Of a stretch of DNA of 64,000 nt, positions 41,132-51,767 are shown piece by piece. Under the pieces are notes generated by a model. The model saw only the letters and a list, made by a program, of their open reading frames with translations, did no database searches and was not told where the DNA came from. Each line of letters begins with the position of its first letter. The first letter of the stretch is position 1. The translations under genes and the position numbers were made by a program. Source of the DNA: Dehalococcoidia bacterium (GTDB lineage: Bacteria; Chloroflexota; Dehalococcoidia; SM23-28-2; RBG-16-64-32); assembly GCA_030649945.1 (NCBI GenBank), contig JAUSFE010000050.1:1859-65858 (forward strand), given 5' to 3'.

Positions 41132-42535
41132 ATGATTCACGGTGCGGAGTGGCGTGAAAACGAAGTGAACCCATCGATCCAGTACGTGCACACGGCTGAT
41201 GGGGTCGCCATCGCCTACTGGGCCCTGAACGAGGGGCTGCCGCTGGTCTATGCGCCCATTATCCCCTTCAGCCACATTCAGCTGGAGTGGCAGATCCCGC
41301 AGTGCCGCCGCTGGTACGAGCAGCTGGCCGGCCACCGGCAGTTGATCCGCTATGACGCACGCGGCTGCGGCCTCTCGGAGCGCGACGTCTCGGACTTCTC
41401 GCTGGACGGGCTCGTCCTGGACCTGGAAGCGGTGGCAGACGGCTTGCACCTGGACAACTTCGCGCTGTTCGCCTCGTCTGACGCCTCGATGATGGCGATC
41501 GCTTACGCGGCGCGGCACCCGGATCGCGTGTCGCACCTGATCCTCTGGAGCGCGTGGGCGCGGCGAGAGGACGTCTCGCGGTCCGCGCAGGCGCGCTCGC
41601 TGCGCGCCGTCCTGGAGCAGGACTGGACCATCTACACGGAGACCGTGGCGCGCGTGCTGATGGGCTGGGCTGCGGAAGGGCCGGCGCGCGAGTTCGCGGC
41701 CTTTTACCGGGCGTGCACCAGCGCGGACGCCGTTCGCGCGCTGGCGGCGTCCGCCTACGAGACCGACGTGTCGGCTCTACTCCCCCAGATCAGGTGCCCG
41801 ACCCTGGTGGTGCACCGCAGCCACATCCCCGGCGTGGGCCTGCCCGTTGTGCGCGACCTGGCGGCCCGCATCCCCAACGCCCGCCTGGCGCTCCTGGAGG
41901 GGTTGTCTCCGCTGCCCTTCTTGGAAGACACGCAAGCGGTTGTACGGGCCATTCAGGTGTTCTTGGGGGAAGAGCCGGAAGACGATGCGGCCGCGCCGGA
42001 TGTCGCGGGCCGGGCGATCGCCAGCGCACCCGTCACGATCCTCTTCACGGACATGCAGAGCTCCACCGCCATGACGCAGCGCCTGGGGGACGCGCGGGCC
42101 CAGGACGTGCTGCACGTGCACAACAGCATCGTGCGGGCCGCGCTGAAGCGGCTGGACGGGTCGGAGGTCAAGCACACGGGGGACGGCATCATGGCCTCGT
42201 TCGCTTCGGCGACGAGAGGGCTGGAGTGCGCCGTCGCCATCCAGCGGGCGCTGGCCACCCACAACGCCTCTGCGCCGGACGGCGCGATCCACGTGCGTAT
42301 CGGCCTGAACGCCGGCGAGCCCGTGGCGGAGGAGTCGGACCTCTTCGGAACGGCAGTCCAGATCGCCGCGCGCGTCTGCGAGCATGCGGAGCCGGACCAG
42401 ATCCTGGTGTCGAACGTCGTGCGCGAGCTGGCGTCCGGGAAGGGGTTCCTGTTCTCGGACCGCGGCGACAGTGTGTTGCGCGGCTTCGAGGACCCGGTGC
42501 GGCTGTTCGAGGTGAGGTGGTCGCCCGGCGACTAA
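41132..42535 (+). CDS. alpha/beta-hydrolase + class III cyclase fusion, copy D (most divergent)
   Basis: Start approximate (internal ATG giving MIHGAEWRENEV...; the ORF-track TTG at 41060 lies within a REP hairpin). CHD motifs FTDMQSST, EVKHTGDGIMASF, GLNAGEP. Hydrolase nucleophile motif lost (FASSDAS). Confidence 0.75.
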   Translation: MIHGAEWRENEVNPSIQYVHTADGVAIAYWALNEGLPLVYAPIIPFSHIQLEWQIPQCRRWYEQLAGHRQLIRYDARGCGLSERDVSDFSLDGLVLDLEAVADGLHLDNFALFASSDASMMAIAYAARHPDRVSHLILWSAWARREDVSRSAQARSLRAVLEQDWTIYTETVARVLMGWAAEGPAREFAAFYRACTSADAVRALAASAYETDVSALLPQIRCPTLVVHRSHIPGVGLPVVRDLAARIPNARLALLEGLSPLPFLEDTQAVVRAIQVFLGEEPEDDAAAPDVAGRAIASAPVTILFTDMQSSTAMTQRLGDARAQDVLHVHNSIVRAALKRLDGSEVKHTGDGIMASFASATRGLECAVAIQRALATHNASAPDGAIHVRIGLNAGEPVAEESDLFGTAVQIAARVCEHAEPDQILVSNVVRELASGKGFLFSDRGDSVLRGFEDPVRLFEVRWSPGD

Positions 42536-42617
42536 CCATTCCGCGCAAGGAACCCGCACCCGGCGCGCCGGAGGGAAGCGCGCGCACCAACGCTTGTAGC
42601 GAAAGGGAGGGAAAGCG

Positions 42618-43067
42618 ATGCCGCCTTACAGTACCCTGAGGACGTTCATCACGTCCCTGCAGACGGGCAGAACGAACATAACGGATTCGCTGGAGCGGCT
42701 GATGAGCGATCACGGCGCGCTCAAGGGAAACATCCACTTCCAGGACCTGCGGCAGGGCGGCGCAGCAGACTCTCCGATGCCCGTGTGGGCAAGGGCAGCC
42801 CTGCGCGCTAGCGGCATGTCCAAGGACGAGGTGGACCACATTGACCGCTGGCCGGACCCGCAGAAGGAGGCGGTGCGCGCGGCGCTGGTGGCGGCCGTGG
42901 ATGGGACCCGCGCGATGCACCTCCTCTGGGAGCTTTACGACGGCAACGACGCCGCGACGGAGGTCCGCGACCCCGACGGCTCGGGCGGCATCACGATCAT
43001 CTTCCGCAGCCCGCGGGCGGGCGTGCAGCTGACCCCGAGCATCGGCTGGGTGCACGTGGAGGTCTGA
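42618..43067 (+). CDS. hypothetical protein (149 aa) downstream of the cyclase array
   Basis: Strong RBS GGGAGGGAAAGCG before the ATG; no recognisable domain. Followed by three REP hairpins (43180-43300). Confidence 0.55.
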   Translation: MPPYSTLRTFITSLQTGRTNITDSLERLMSDHGALKGNIHFQDLRQGGAADSPMPVWARAALRASGMSKDEVDHIDRWPDPQKEAVRAALVAAVDGTRAMHLLWELYDGNDAATEVRDPDGSGGITIIFRSPRAGVQLTPSIGWVHVEV

Positions 43068-43301
43068 GCGCAGCTCCGGCGTCGCCCCCCACCTCCGCCC
43101 CGCTGGAAGCCTGAAGGCATCCGCTACGTTCGCCGGCGGCAACGCGACCGCCCCGCCGGCGCGCGGCCGTCACGCCCGGAAACGCCGTAGGGGCGAACGG
43201 CGTTCGCCCAGAAACGCCGGACGGCCAAACGCGGTTCGCCCACACAAACGCCGTAGGGGCGCAGCATGCTGCGCCCCTACGTTCGTGTCGCGAGTCTCGC
43301 G

Positions 43302-44930
<1,629 letters not shown>

Positions 44931-44939
44931 GGGTTACCT

Positions 44940-45025
44940 CCTACGGTCGGGTGGATGGAGGTTGGAGGTTGGACGTTGGATGGCTGAATCCGGTCCAACC
45001 TCTATTCTCCAACCTCTAACTTCTA
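44940..45025. repeat. imperfect long hairpin built of GGTTGGAGG repeats (family R6) in the groES-groEL intergenic spacer
   Basis: GGAGGTTGGAGGTTGGACGTTGGA...TCCAACCTCTATTCTCCAACCTCT; the same family is inserted in purM at about 63000-63060. Confidence 0.6.
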
Positions 45026-45026
45026 A

Positions 45027-45368
45027 CTAGGCCAGCTTGGCCAGGACGTCGGACTCCTTGAGGATCATGTAGTCTTCCTCGTCGCCGAAGACGCCGCGGG
45101 GGACGTCCTGGCCGCTGTACTTGGCGTAGAGGACGCGGTCCCCGACCTTGAGGTCGATGATGACGCGCTTGCCGTTGTCGTCCAGACGGCCGGGGCCGAC
45201 GGCGATCACCTGGCCCAGCTGCGGCTTCTCGCGGGCGGTGTCGGGGATGACGAGGCCGCTGGCGCGCACCTCGTCCTGGCGGGTCTGTTTCACGACGACA
45301 CGGTCGCCCAGGGGTACGACCCTGGGTGCAGCCGCGCGGGCGGGCTTGCTCTTGGTGGCGGTAGCCAT
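45027..45368 (-). CDS. groES: co-chaperonin GroES
   Basis: 113 aa; PLGDRVVVK...GLVIPDTAREKPQ.GQVIAVG is the canonical GroES sequence. Confidence 0.95.
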   Translation of the reverse strand: MATATKSKPARAAAPRVVPLGDRVVVKQTRQDEVRASGLVIPDTAREKPQLGQVIAVGPGRLDDNGKRVIIDLKVGDRVLYAKYSGQDVPRGVFGDEEDYMILKESDVLAKLA

Positions 45369-45413
45369 AGTCAGGAATCCTCCTCCTTCTGTGCAGTCGA
45401 TAGGGCGGTGGGT

Positions 45414-45440
45414 TTAGCACTCGCGTGTGCTGAGTGCTAA
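45414..45440. promoter_or_regulatory. CIRCE element (HrcA operator) TTAGCACTC-N9-GAGTGCTAA upstream of groES
   Basis: Perfect match to the CIRCE consensus, about 45 bp upstream of the groES start. Confidence 0.85.
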
Positions 45441-45603
45441 CCAAACGGAATCTTAAGGCAGCGGCAGGGGGATGCGCAAGGGGGAGGAGGGATGGAACAA
45501 TGGAGCAATAGAGCATTGGAGCAGAGGAAGGATTGCTCCATTGCTTCAAATGCTCTGATGCTCCGCCCTTGCGGCTCTACACGTTTCCGTGTAAGATCAG
45601 GGC

Positions 45604-45852
45604 ATGCCGGAGGAGAGGGTCCCCTACCGCCCGCGGCCGGGAACGGAGACGCCGCCGTGGGACGCCGCCCGCGTGCGGGCGCTGCGCCGGCACCTGCGCC
45701 TGAGCCAGGGGGGGCTGGCACGGGAGCTGGGCACCCGCCAGCAGACGATCAGCGAGTGGGAGACGGGCCGCTACCGCCCGCGCGGGGCCTCGGCGCGGCT
45801 GCTCGGCATCGTCGCCGAGCGGGCAGGGTTCGAGTACGGCGGCGCGAAATGA
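45604..45852 (+). CDS. XRE-family helix-turn-helix transcriptional regulator (small, 82 aa)
   Basis: LRRHLRLSQGGLARELGTRQQTISEWETGRYRPR is a Cro/C1-type HTH. Confidence 0.7.
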   Translation: MPEERVPYRPRPGTETPPWDAARVRALRRHLRLSQGGLARELGTRQQTISEWETGRYRPRGASARLLGIVAERAGFEYGGAK

Positions 45853-46124
45853 GCGCAAGAGACAGGGTCATGGGGGCGGGAGGCAGGCCTGCCTGGCCGG
45901 CAGGCAGGCGCTAACCGGTGGCGAGCAGGACTATCGCCGCCCGCGCGTTGCCCGGGACCGCCCCACGCCACCCCGTAGGGAGGCACCCTTCGGCAGGCTC
46001 AGGGCAGGCTCTGAAGGTACCTCCCTACGGGAATCTGGCGGACTCAGCTCGCGCTGCGCGTTCCGCTTCCTCACCCCGGCGCGGCGCCGCCAGCGGGGGG
46101 CCGGCTGCCGCCTGCCAGCCCCCG

Positions 46125-47279
46125 GCGCTCTGCGAGCGCGACCTGGCCCGGCTCTGGGAGGGGCAGCGCTTCCCGCCGGAGGCCCTGCGCACGCGCGGCG
46201 GCGAGCGGCTGCGGGTGATCTACCGGGGGCGCGCCGGCAGCGGGCCGGGGCCGGACTTCAGAGACGCGGTCATCGCCACGCCGCAAGGGCTCTTGCACGG
46301 GGACGTGGAGCTGCACGTGCGCACGTCTGACTTCCGCCGCCACGGCCACGGGCGGGACCCCGGATACGACGGGGTGGCGCTGCACCTGGTGTTCTGGCAC
46401 GACGAGGCCGAGGATACGCTCCTGGCCAGCGGGCGCAGGGTACCGGTGGTGGGGCTGGCGGACTGGCTGGCGGAGCGCACGCGGGAGATCCAGGGCTGGC
46501 TGTCACGCCCGGCGCAGTGGCAGGAGCCCTGCCGGAGCGCCGTGGAGCGCCTGGGAGCGGACGCGGTGGGGGCGGCCCTGGACGCGCTGGGGGAGCGGCG
46601 CTTCCAGCAGCTGCGGGACGGCTGGCGGGTCCGCCTCAGGCGGAGCGGCGACGGCGAGGAGCTGCTGTGGGCGGGGCTGCTGGAGGGGCTGGGCTACGGC
46701 GGCCAGAGGGAACTCTGGCGGCTGCTGGGCGGCAGGCTGGCCTGGGCGCAGCTGCGGCCGGAGATCATGGCGCAGGAGCGGCGCGAGCGCCTGGGGGCGG
46801 CCCGCCGCCTGCTGTGCACGGCCGCGGCAGGCCTGCCGTGCCGCGTCCGCAGCGCGGGCGTGCGGCCCGGCAACCGGGTGGAGCTGCGGCTGGAGGCGGC
46901 GGCGCACCTGGCGGTGCGCTTCGCGCCGGGGGGACTGGCGAGCGCCCTGCTGGCGCCGCTGGCCGGGCCGCCCGCCGGGGCCCAGCGCGAGCTGGCGCGG
47001 GCCCTGACCGTGCACGGACTGATTGGGCCGGCGCGGGCACTGGAGCTGCTGGCGAACGCGGTCCTGCCCCTGGCCGCCGAACTGGGCGGCGCCGCCGCCG
47101 AGGCGACGGCGCGGGCGATCTACGCCCGCCTGCCGCTGCCGGCGCGCTACGGGTCGCTGCGCCACCTGCACCGGGCTGCCGCCGCCGTGCCCGTGAACAT
47201 GCGCCGCCAGCAGGGGATGCTCTACCTGCTCAAGCACTACTGCACGCAGGGTGGCTGCGGCAAGTGCCCGCTGTCGTAG
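46125..47279 (+). CDS. DUF2851 family protein
   Basis: ERDLARLWEGQRF...GPDFRDAVIATPQGLLHGDVELHVRTSDFRRHGH... matches the DUF2851 N-terminal pattern. True start uncertain (probably non-ATG near 46125); the ORF-track start at 45918 runs through R3/R5 repeat copies. Confidence 0.55.
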   Translation, partial: ALCERDLARLWEGQRFPPEALRTRGGERLRVIYRGRAGSGPGPDFRDAVIATPQGLLHGDVELHVRTSDFRRHGHGRDPGYDGVALHLVFWHDEAEDTLLASGRRVPVVGLADWLAERTREIQGWLSRPAQWQEPCRSAVERLGADAVGAALDALGERRFQQLRDGWRVRLRRSGDGEELLWAGLLEGLGYGGQRELWRLLGGRLAWAQLRPEIMAQERRERLGAARRLLCTAAAGLPCRVRSAGVRPGNRVELRLEAAAHLAVRFAPGGLASALLAPLAGPPAGAQRELARALTVHGLIGPARALELLANAVLPLAAELGGAAAEATARAIYARLPLPARYGSLRHLHRAAAAVPVNMRRQQGMLYLLKHYCTQGGCGKCPLS

Positions 47280-47487
47280 GTCACGAGACAGGAGACACGA
47301 ATGTGCCGGCGTGCGCCGTGCCCCGGCTGTCTGCGTCGCGTTAGGCCCCGCCGCCCGTTAGCCACAGATGACACGGATCGCCGCAGATGCACACAGATGC
47401 CCTTCCCCACCCCGCCTGGTCTGCTTGATTGCCTACCTAATTGCTTGATTGATTGCCTGATTTTACCTGCTTCCCGCTTCCCAGTTC

Positions 47488-48192
47488 CTAACCGCCCAAC
47501 TGGACGGCCGCGCCGGGCGCCGGACACCCCGCCGCCTGGCTGACGGGCAGGTCTACCAGGTCTCGGGCGGTCTTCTGGGCGTCGCCGATCGTGACGCCGT
47601 TCTGGCAGTCCAGGTCGCCCCAGAGGCGGGACGTGCCGTCCACCGTCACTGCCGCCCCGGGCGCCGGGCAGCCAGGGCCCTGGGTGATGGGGATGTCTAC
47701 CAGGTCGCGGGCGATCTTCTGGGCGTCGCCGATGGTGATGCCGCTCTGGCAGTCGAAATCGCCCCAGAGGCGGCCGGCGGGCGTCGCCGTAGGTCCGGCC
47801 GTGGGGCTCGGCGCCGTCGTTGGGCTGGGGCTCGGCCCAGCGGGGAAGTCCGCCGCATCGCCGGGCCAGGTGTGGGCGTTTATCTCGGCGATGTTGGTGG
47901 CGCCGTCGCCGTCAGAGTCCAGGTTCTCCACCGCTGTCAACGCCGGATCGATACCGAGACCGATGTGGCCCTTGACGGCATCGCCATAAGTGTTCCAGTC
48001 GCCCGTGTCACCGGAGACATGGCAGGCGTCGCAACTGTTTAGCTTGGTACCGGTGAGGTTGTACTTGTTGACGAAAGCGGTCCTGTAGCTGCCCAAGCCC
48101 AAGACGGAGGATCCCGTCAGCAACGCCGCCGTGACTACGACTCCCGCCACCACCAGCAAGACAGCGAGACGACCTCGGTTCGTGGTCATATC
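47488..48192 (-). CDS. secreted protein with one CxxCH motif and three dockerin/EF-hand-like Ca-binding repeats
   Basis: Signal/TM MTTNRGRLAVLLVVAGVVVTAALL. CDACH. DSDGDGATNIAEI. Two repeats of GD(F/L)DCQ.G(I/V)TIGDAQK.ARDLVD. Confidence 0.6.
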   Translation of the reverse strand, partial: DMTTNRGRLAVLLVVAGVVVTAALLTGSSVLGLGSYRTAFVNKYNLTGTKLNSCDACHVSGDTGDWNTYGDAVKGHIGLGIDPALTAVENLDSDGDGATNIAEINAHTWPGDAADFPAGPSPSPTTAPSPTAGPTATPAGRLWGDFDCQSGITIGDAQKIARDLVDIPITQGPGCPAPGAAVTVDGTSRLWGDLDCQNGVTIGDAQKTARDLVDLPVSQAAGCPAPGAAVQLGG

Positions 48193-48294
48193 CTTAGCCC
48201 TCCTTACGGGGCCAATGTTAAGGGAGGACTCGGGCATGACACACATATCTTTGGGTAGGTTCCAGTCACGGGCGACGGACGCCTCTATCCAGCC

Positions 48295-49284
48295 TCAACC
48301 GATATGAAGGCCGGGCTGAACGTCCAGGTCTAACGCCGCCACGGCGCCCGCCTGCAGGCGGTAGTAGCCGCAGGCGGCGATCATGGCGCCGTTGTCCGTG
48401 CACAGGTCCGGCGGCGGCACGATCACGGGCAGCGGCGAGCGCTCCGCCAGCACGGCGCGCAGGAGCGAGTTCGCGGCGACACCGCCGGCGAGAATGATCT
48501 CCCGTGCGCCGTGGTCGCGGGCGGCCTGCACGGCCCTGGTCACGAGCGAATCCACGACCGACTCCTGGAAGGCGGCGGCGATCGCGGCCGCAGGGGGGGG
48601 CTCGCCCTCCTCCCCCCGCACGATGCGCTGCACCTTCGTCTTCAGGCCGCTGAAGCTGAAGTCATAGGGCCCGTCCAGCCGCGCGCGGGGCAGGCGCAGC
48701 GGCGTAGGCGCTGCGGCGGCGGCCAGGCGGTCGATGGCGGGGCCGCCCGGGAAGCCGAGGCCGAGGAGACGGGCCACCTTGTCGAAAGCCTCGCCGGCGG
48801 CGTCGTCCACGGTCTGGCCCAGCCGCTGGTAGCGCCCGTGGCCCGCCATGAGGACGACGTCGCTGTGGCCGCCGGAGACGATGAGGACGAGCGCCGGGAA
48901 ACGCGGCGCGCGGTCGTTGTCGAGCCAGGCGGCGTAGAGGTGGCCCTCCAGGTGGTTGACGGGCACCAGGGGCAGGCCGCGGGCGTAGGCCAGGGCCTTG
49001 GCGAAGTTGAGGCCTACCAGCAGGGCGCCGGCCAGCCCGGGCCCGTAGGTGACGGCGACGGCGTCGAGCTCCTCCAGGCGGCAGGAGGCGCCGGCCAGCG
49101 CCCGCTCCAGGACCGGGATGATGGCCTGCACGTGCTGGCGCGAGGCGAGTTCCGGGACGACGCCGCCGTACTCCGCGTGCAGGGCCACCTGCGAGGCGAC
49201 CACGTTCGCGAGCAGGCGCCGCCCGTCTTCGACGACGGCGACGGCCGTCTCGTCGCAGGAGGTCTCGATGCCGAGGAGCTTCAT
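48295..49284 (-). CDS. tsaD: tRNA N6-adenosine threonylcarbamoyltransferase TsaD
   Basis: MKLLGIETSCDETAVAVV; GVVPELASRQH; GGVAANSLLR; Kae1/TsaD family. Confidence 0.9.
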   Translation of the reverse strand: MKLLGIETSCDETAVAVVEDGRRLLANVVASQVALHAEYGGVVPELASRQHVQAIIPVLERALAGASCRLEELDAVAVTYGPGLAGALLVGLNFAKALAYARGLPLVPVNHLEGHLYAAWLDNDRAPRFPALVLIVSGGHSDVVLMAGHGRYQRLGQTVDDAAGEAFDKVARLLGLGFPGGPAIDRLAAAAAPTPLRLPRARLDGPYDFSFSGLKTKVQRIVRGEEGEPPPAAAIAAAFQESVVDSLVTRAVQAARDHGAREIILAGGVAANSLLRAVLAERSPLPVIVPPPDLCTDNGAMIAACGYYRLQAGAVAALDLDVQPGLHIG

Positions 49285-49289
49285 GGTGG

Positions 49290-49385
49290 GTAAGGGTCAG
49301 GGGTCAAGATCAAGGGTCAAAGGGTCAAAGGGTCAGGGGTCACGACGTCACTGTCCACTGTTCACTGTCCACTATTCACTATTCA
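49290..49385. repeat. heptanucleotide microsatellite block: (GGGTCAA/GGGTCAG)x6 followed by (CACTGTC/CACTGTT/CACTATT)x5, immediately upstream of the tsaD start
   Basis: Seen directly: GGGTCAGGGGTCAAGATCAAGGGTCAAAGGGTCAAAGGGTCAGGGGTCA ... CACTGTCCACTGTTCACTGTCCACTATTCACTATTCACT. Confidence 0.8.
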
Positions 49386-50027
49386 CTAGTCCTGCGCCAG
49401 GAGGAGCGCGGCGCAGTTGGGCAGCGCGCGCGCCCGCTTGTAGACGGCGGGCAGCGCGTCCTCCGGGGGCAGGGCCAGGGCGGCGGCAAGCTCGGCGGCG
49501 GGAACGGTCTCCAGAAGGGCCGGCGTCAGCAGGAGGAGGCGGAACCCGGCGGCGAGCTCGAGGCGGGAGAAGTCCGGCCAGAACTCCTCGAACAGGCCCA
49601 GCGGCTCGAGGGCGTCCGGCAGCGCGGGCCGCCGCAGTTCGAGGGCGCCGTCGCGGTAGATTACGGCGGCGGCGGGGCCTACCTGCGCCAGGTAGCCCGC
49701 GCGCCCCTGGACGGCGACGCAGGAGACGCCGGCAGCCACGCGGCTGTCCTTCATGCTGCGGCGGTTCCAGTCGCGCAGGTTCTCGTGAGCGGAGCGCAGG
49801 GCGCCCAGGATGCCGCCGGTGAGGGAGACCCTGTTCTTGTGAAAGACGGCGCCGATGGCCTCCTTCATCTCGGCGCAGAACTCCTCGCTGCCGGGCAGCG
49901 CGGGCTCGACGATGAGGTAGAGGTCCGACGGCTCCTCGGTGCGCCCGGGGTCCGGGAAGGCGCCCACCCAGGGCGTCTCCTCGCGCGCCTCCCCGTCGGC
50001 GATGCCGAACTGCCCGACCCAGAGCAT
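49386..50027 (-). CDS. hypothetical protein (about 213 aa)
   Basis: Start at MLWVGQFGIADGE; no confident domain assignment; the ORF-track extension to 50156 enters the repeat-rich spacer. Confidence 0.5.
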   Translation of the reverse strand: MLWVGQFGIADGEAREETPWVGAFPDPGRTEEPSDLYLIVEPALPGSEEFCAEMKEAIGAVFHKNRVSLTGGILGALRSAHENLRDWNRRSMKDSRVAAGVSCVAVQGRAGYLAQVGPAAAVIYRDGALELRRPALPDALEPLGLFEEFWPDFSRLELAAGFRLLLLTPALLETVPAAELAAALALPPEDALPAVYKRARALPNCAALLLAQD

Positions 50028-50029
50028 GG

Positions 50030-50500
50030 TGCGATTATACGGGAGGCAGGAGGCGGGAAGTAGGAAGCGGGAAGGGGGAAGGTTCACCACGAAGACATAA
50101 AGGCACCAAGCTTGCAGATTACTCGCGCGATTCTTCCCTTCCGGCCAGAATGACAATGCCAGGGGAAAGTGGCACTAGACCCGGCGACCGAAGTCGATCC
50201 TGGAGTTCATCGGCCAGCGCCCTCAGAGTGGCCGTTGCCGCCTGTCATCCTGTCCGCAGACAGGATCCGGCGGGGCGGTGGGGTGTAGCTGCGGTTCGAC
50301 ATGATGTAAACGTGGTAGCGGCGGCTGGATGTATGGCTCATGCCTTCACAGTTGCGGTGCGTTCGCGCACCCCCACCAGATTCTGGCTGCGGCCAGAATG
50401 ACAACGATCTGCCACACCCCTTCTGTTTTATCGGAGAAACGCAAGATACAAGAATGACAGAAGGGGAGGGACGAGAACTCGTTTCCAGCACCCTGATAGC
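50030..50500. repeat. about 470-bp non-coding spacer composed of dispersed repeat families R7 (CCACGAAGACATAAAGGCACCAAG), R4 (CCAGAATGACAA x2, AGAATGACAG) and an R2 terminal repeat (GGACGAGAACTCGTTTCCAGCACCCTGATAG)
   Basis: Each motif has near-identical copies elsewhere in the window (51655-51725, 54390, 54620, 6446). Confidence 0.6.
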
Positions 50501-51141
50501 TAGGCGGCGCCGGCCGGCTCGGCGGGCCTGGCGGCCGGGCGGATGCGGTAGGTGCAGGCGCGCTCGCCGCGCATCAGGCTGCGCGTGAGGCGGGTATCGG
50601 CGCCGGTGAGCAGGCGCACGAACTCCACGTGCAGGGCGCAGACGGCGCGGTCACGCTCGGCGGTCTTGGGGAAGGGGCAGGTGAACTCGTCGATGTAGAA
50701 GGCGTCCTCGCCCTCGGACCACTCGACGAGGCAGCCCTGCTCCTCCATGATGAGCGCGGTCTCTTGCACGCGTTCGCCCAGCGGCCTACCATCCACGCGC
50801 TCCTGGTGCGGGGCGGCCAGGCGCTGGGCGCTGCGCTGCAGGAGCTGGTACAGCTTCTCGTTGCCGTCCGTGGCCCTGATCTCTTCCAGAAGGGCGGTGG
50901 CCAGGGTATCGTAGGTCTTGGGAAAGAGGGCGTCGGCCCTCTCGGTCAGGGAGTATACTAGGGTCGGCCGGCCCACGCGCCCGCGCTCCTCGTGCGCCGC
51001 CACGAGGGCGTCGCGCTCCAGTACGGTGAGGTGCTGACGGATGCCCGTGGAGGTGAGGCCGAGCAGCTGGCCGAGTTCCTTGACGGTACCTCTGCCGTGG
51101 CGTTGCAGGTATTCCAGTATCTGCTGACGGGTGGACTGCAT
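50500..51141 (-). CDS. winged-helix (ArsR/MarR-like) transcriptional regulator with C-terminal ligand-binding-like domain
   Basis: N-terminal wHTH RQQILEYLQRHGRGTVKELGQLLGLTSTGIRQHLTVLERDALV; start at MQSTRQQ. Confidence 0.6.
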   Translation of the reverse strand: MQSTRQQILEYLQRHGRGTVKELGQLLGLTSTGIRQHLTVLERDALVAAHEERGRVGRPTLVYSLTERADALFPKTYDTLATALLEEIRATDGNEKLYQLLQRSAQRLAAPHQERVDGRPLGERVQETALIMEEQGCLVEWSEGEDAFYIDEFTCPFPKTAERDRAVCALHVEFVRLLTGADTRLTRSLMRGERACTYRIRPAARPAEPAGAA

Positions 51142-51234
51142 GTGCAGATTGGTGGCCACCATAGGAGGAGTTTAGCAGATTGAGCAATAATAGGAAATGG
51201 TAACAGCGAAAATGCCTGCTGAGGGCTGAAGACC

Positions 51235-51630
51235 ATGCCGGATGACCCGCTGGAGTTGAAGGCCGATGCGGACGCCGTGCTGGACCGCGCGGCGGAGCGC
51301 CTGCGCCGCCTGCTGCACGCGGCGACCGCCCGCCTGGACCCCTTCCCGCCGTTCCCCGGCGCCTTCTTTTCCTTCGGGATCGAGATCGAGGCGCCGGGCC
51401 AGGAGTCCCACGACCGCGGCTGCGTAGTGCTGGCGCCGGACGGGGAGCTGTACGAGCTGAAGATGGGCCAGGAGGTGCCGGCGTTCGAGTTTGAGATGGC
51501 GGACCCGGTGGCGCTGCGGCAGGAGGAGCTGAAGCCGCTGGAGCTGCACCCGCGGGAGTACGTGGCGTACGCCCACTGCGCGCTGACGAAGGTGGTGGAG
51601 CTCTTGCTGGAGCGCGGGCCGGCGGAGTAA
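51235..51630 (+). CDS. hypothetical protein (131 aa)
   Basis: ORF with reasonable codon usage; no recognisable motif. Confidence 0.4.
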   Translation: MPDDPLELKADADAVLDRAAERLRRLLHAATARLDPFPPFPGAFFSFGIEIEAPGQESHDRGCVVLAPDGELYELKMGQEVPAFEFEMADPVALRQEELKPLELHPREYVAYAHCALTKVVELLLERGPAE

Positions 51631-51767
51631 GTCCGCCGGTAACCACTAAGGCACGAAGACACAAAGGCTTCTCTTGTGCTCCAGTGCTGTATGTCTGCAA
51701 GCTTGGTGCCTTTGTGTCTTCGTGGTCCCCGGAAAAAGGCCCCCTCATTCCTTATTTCAGCACCCTG

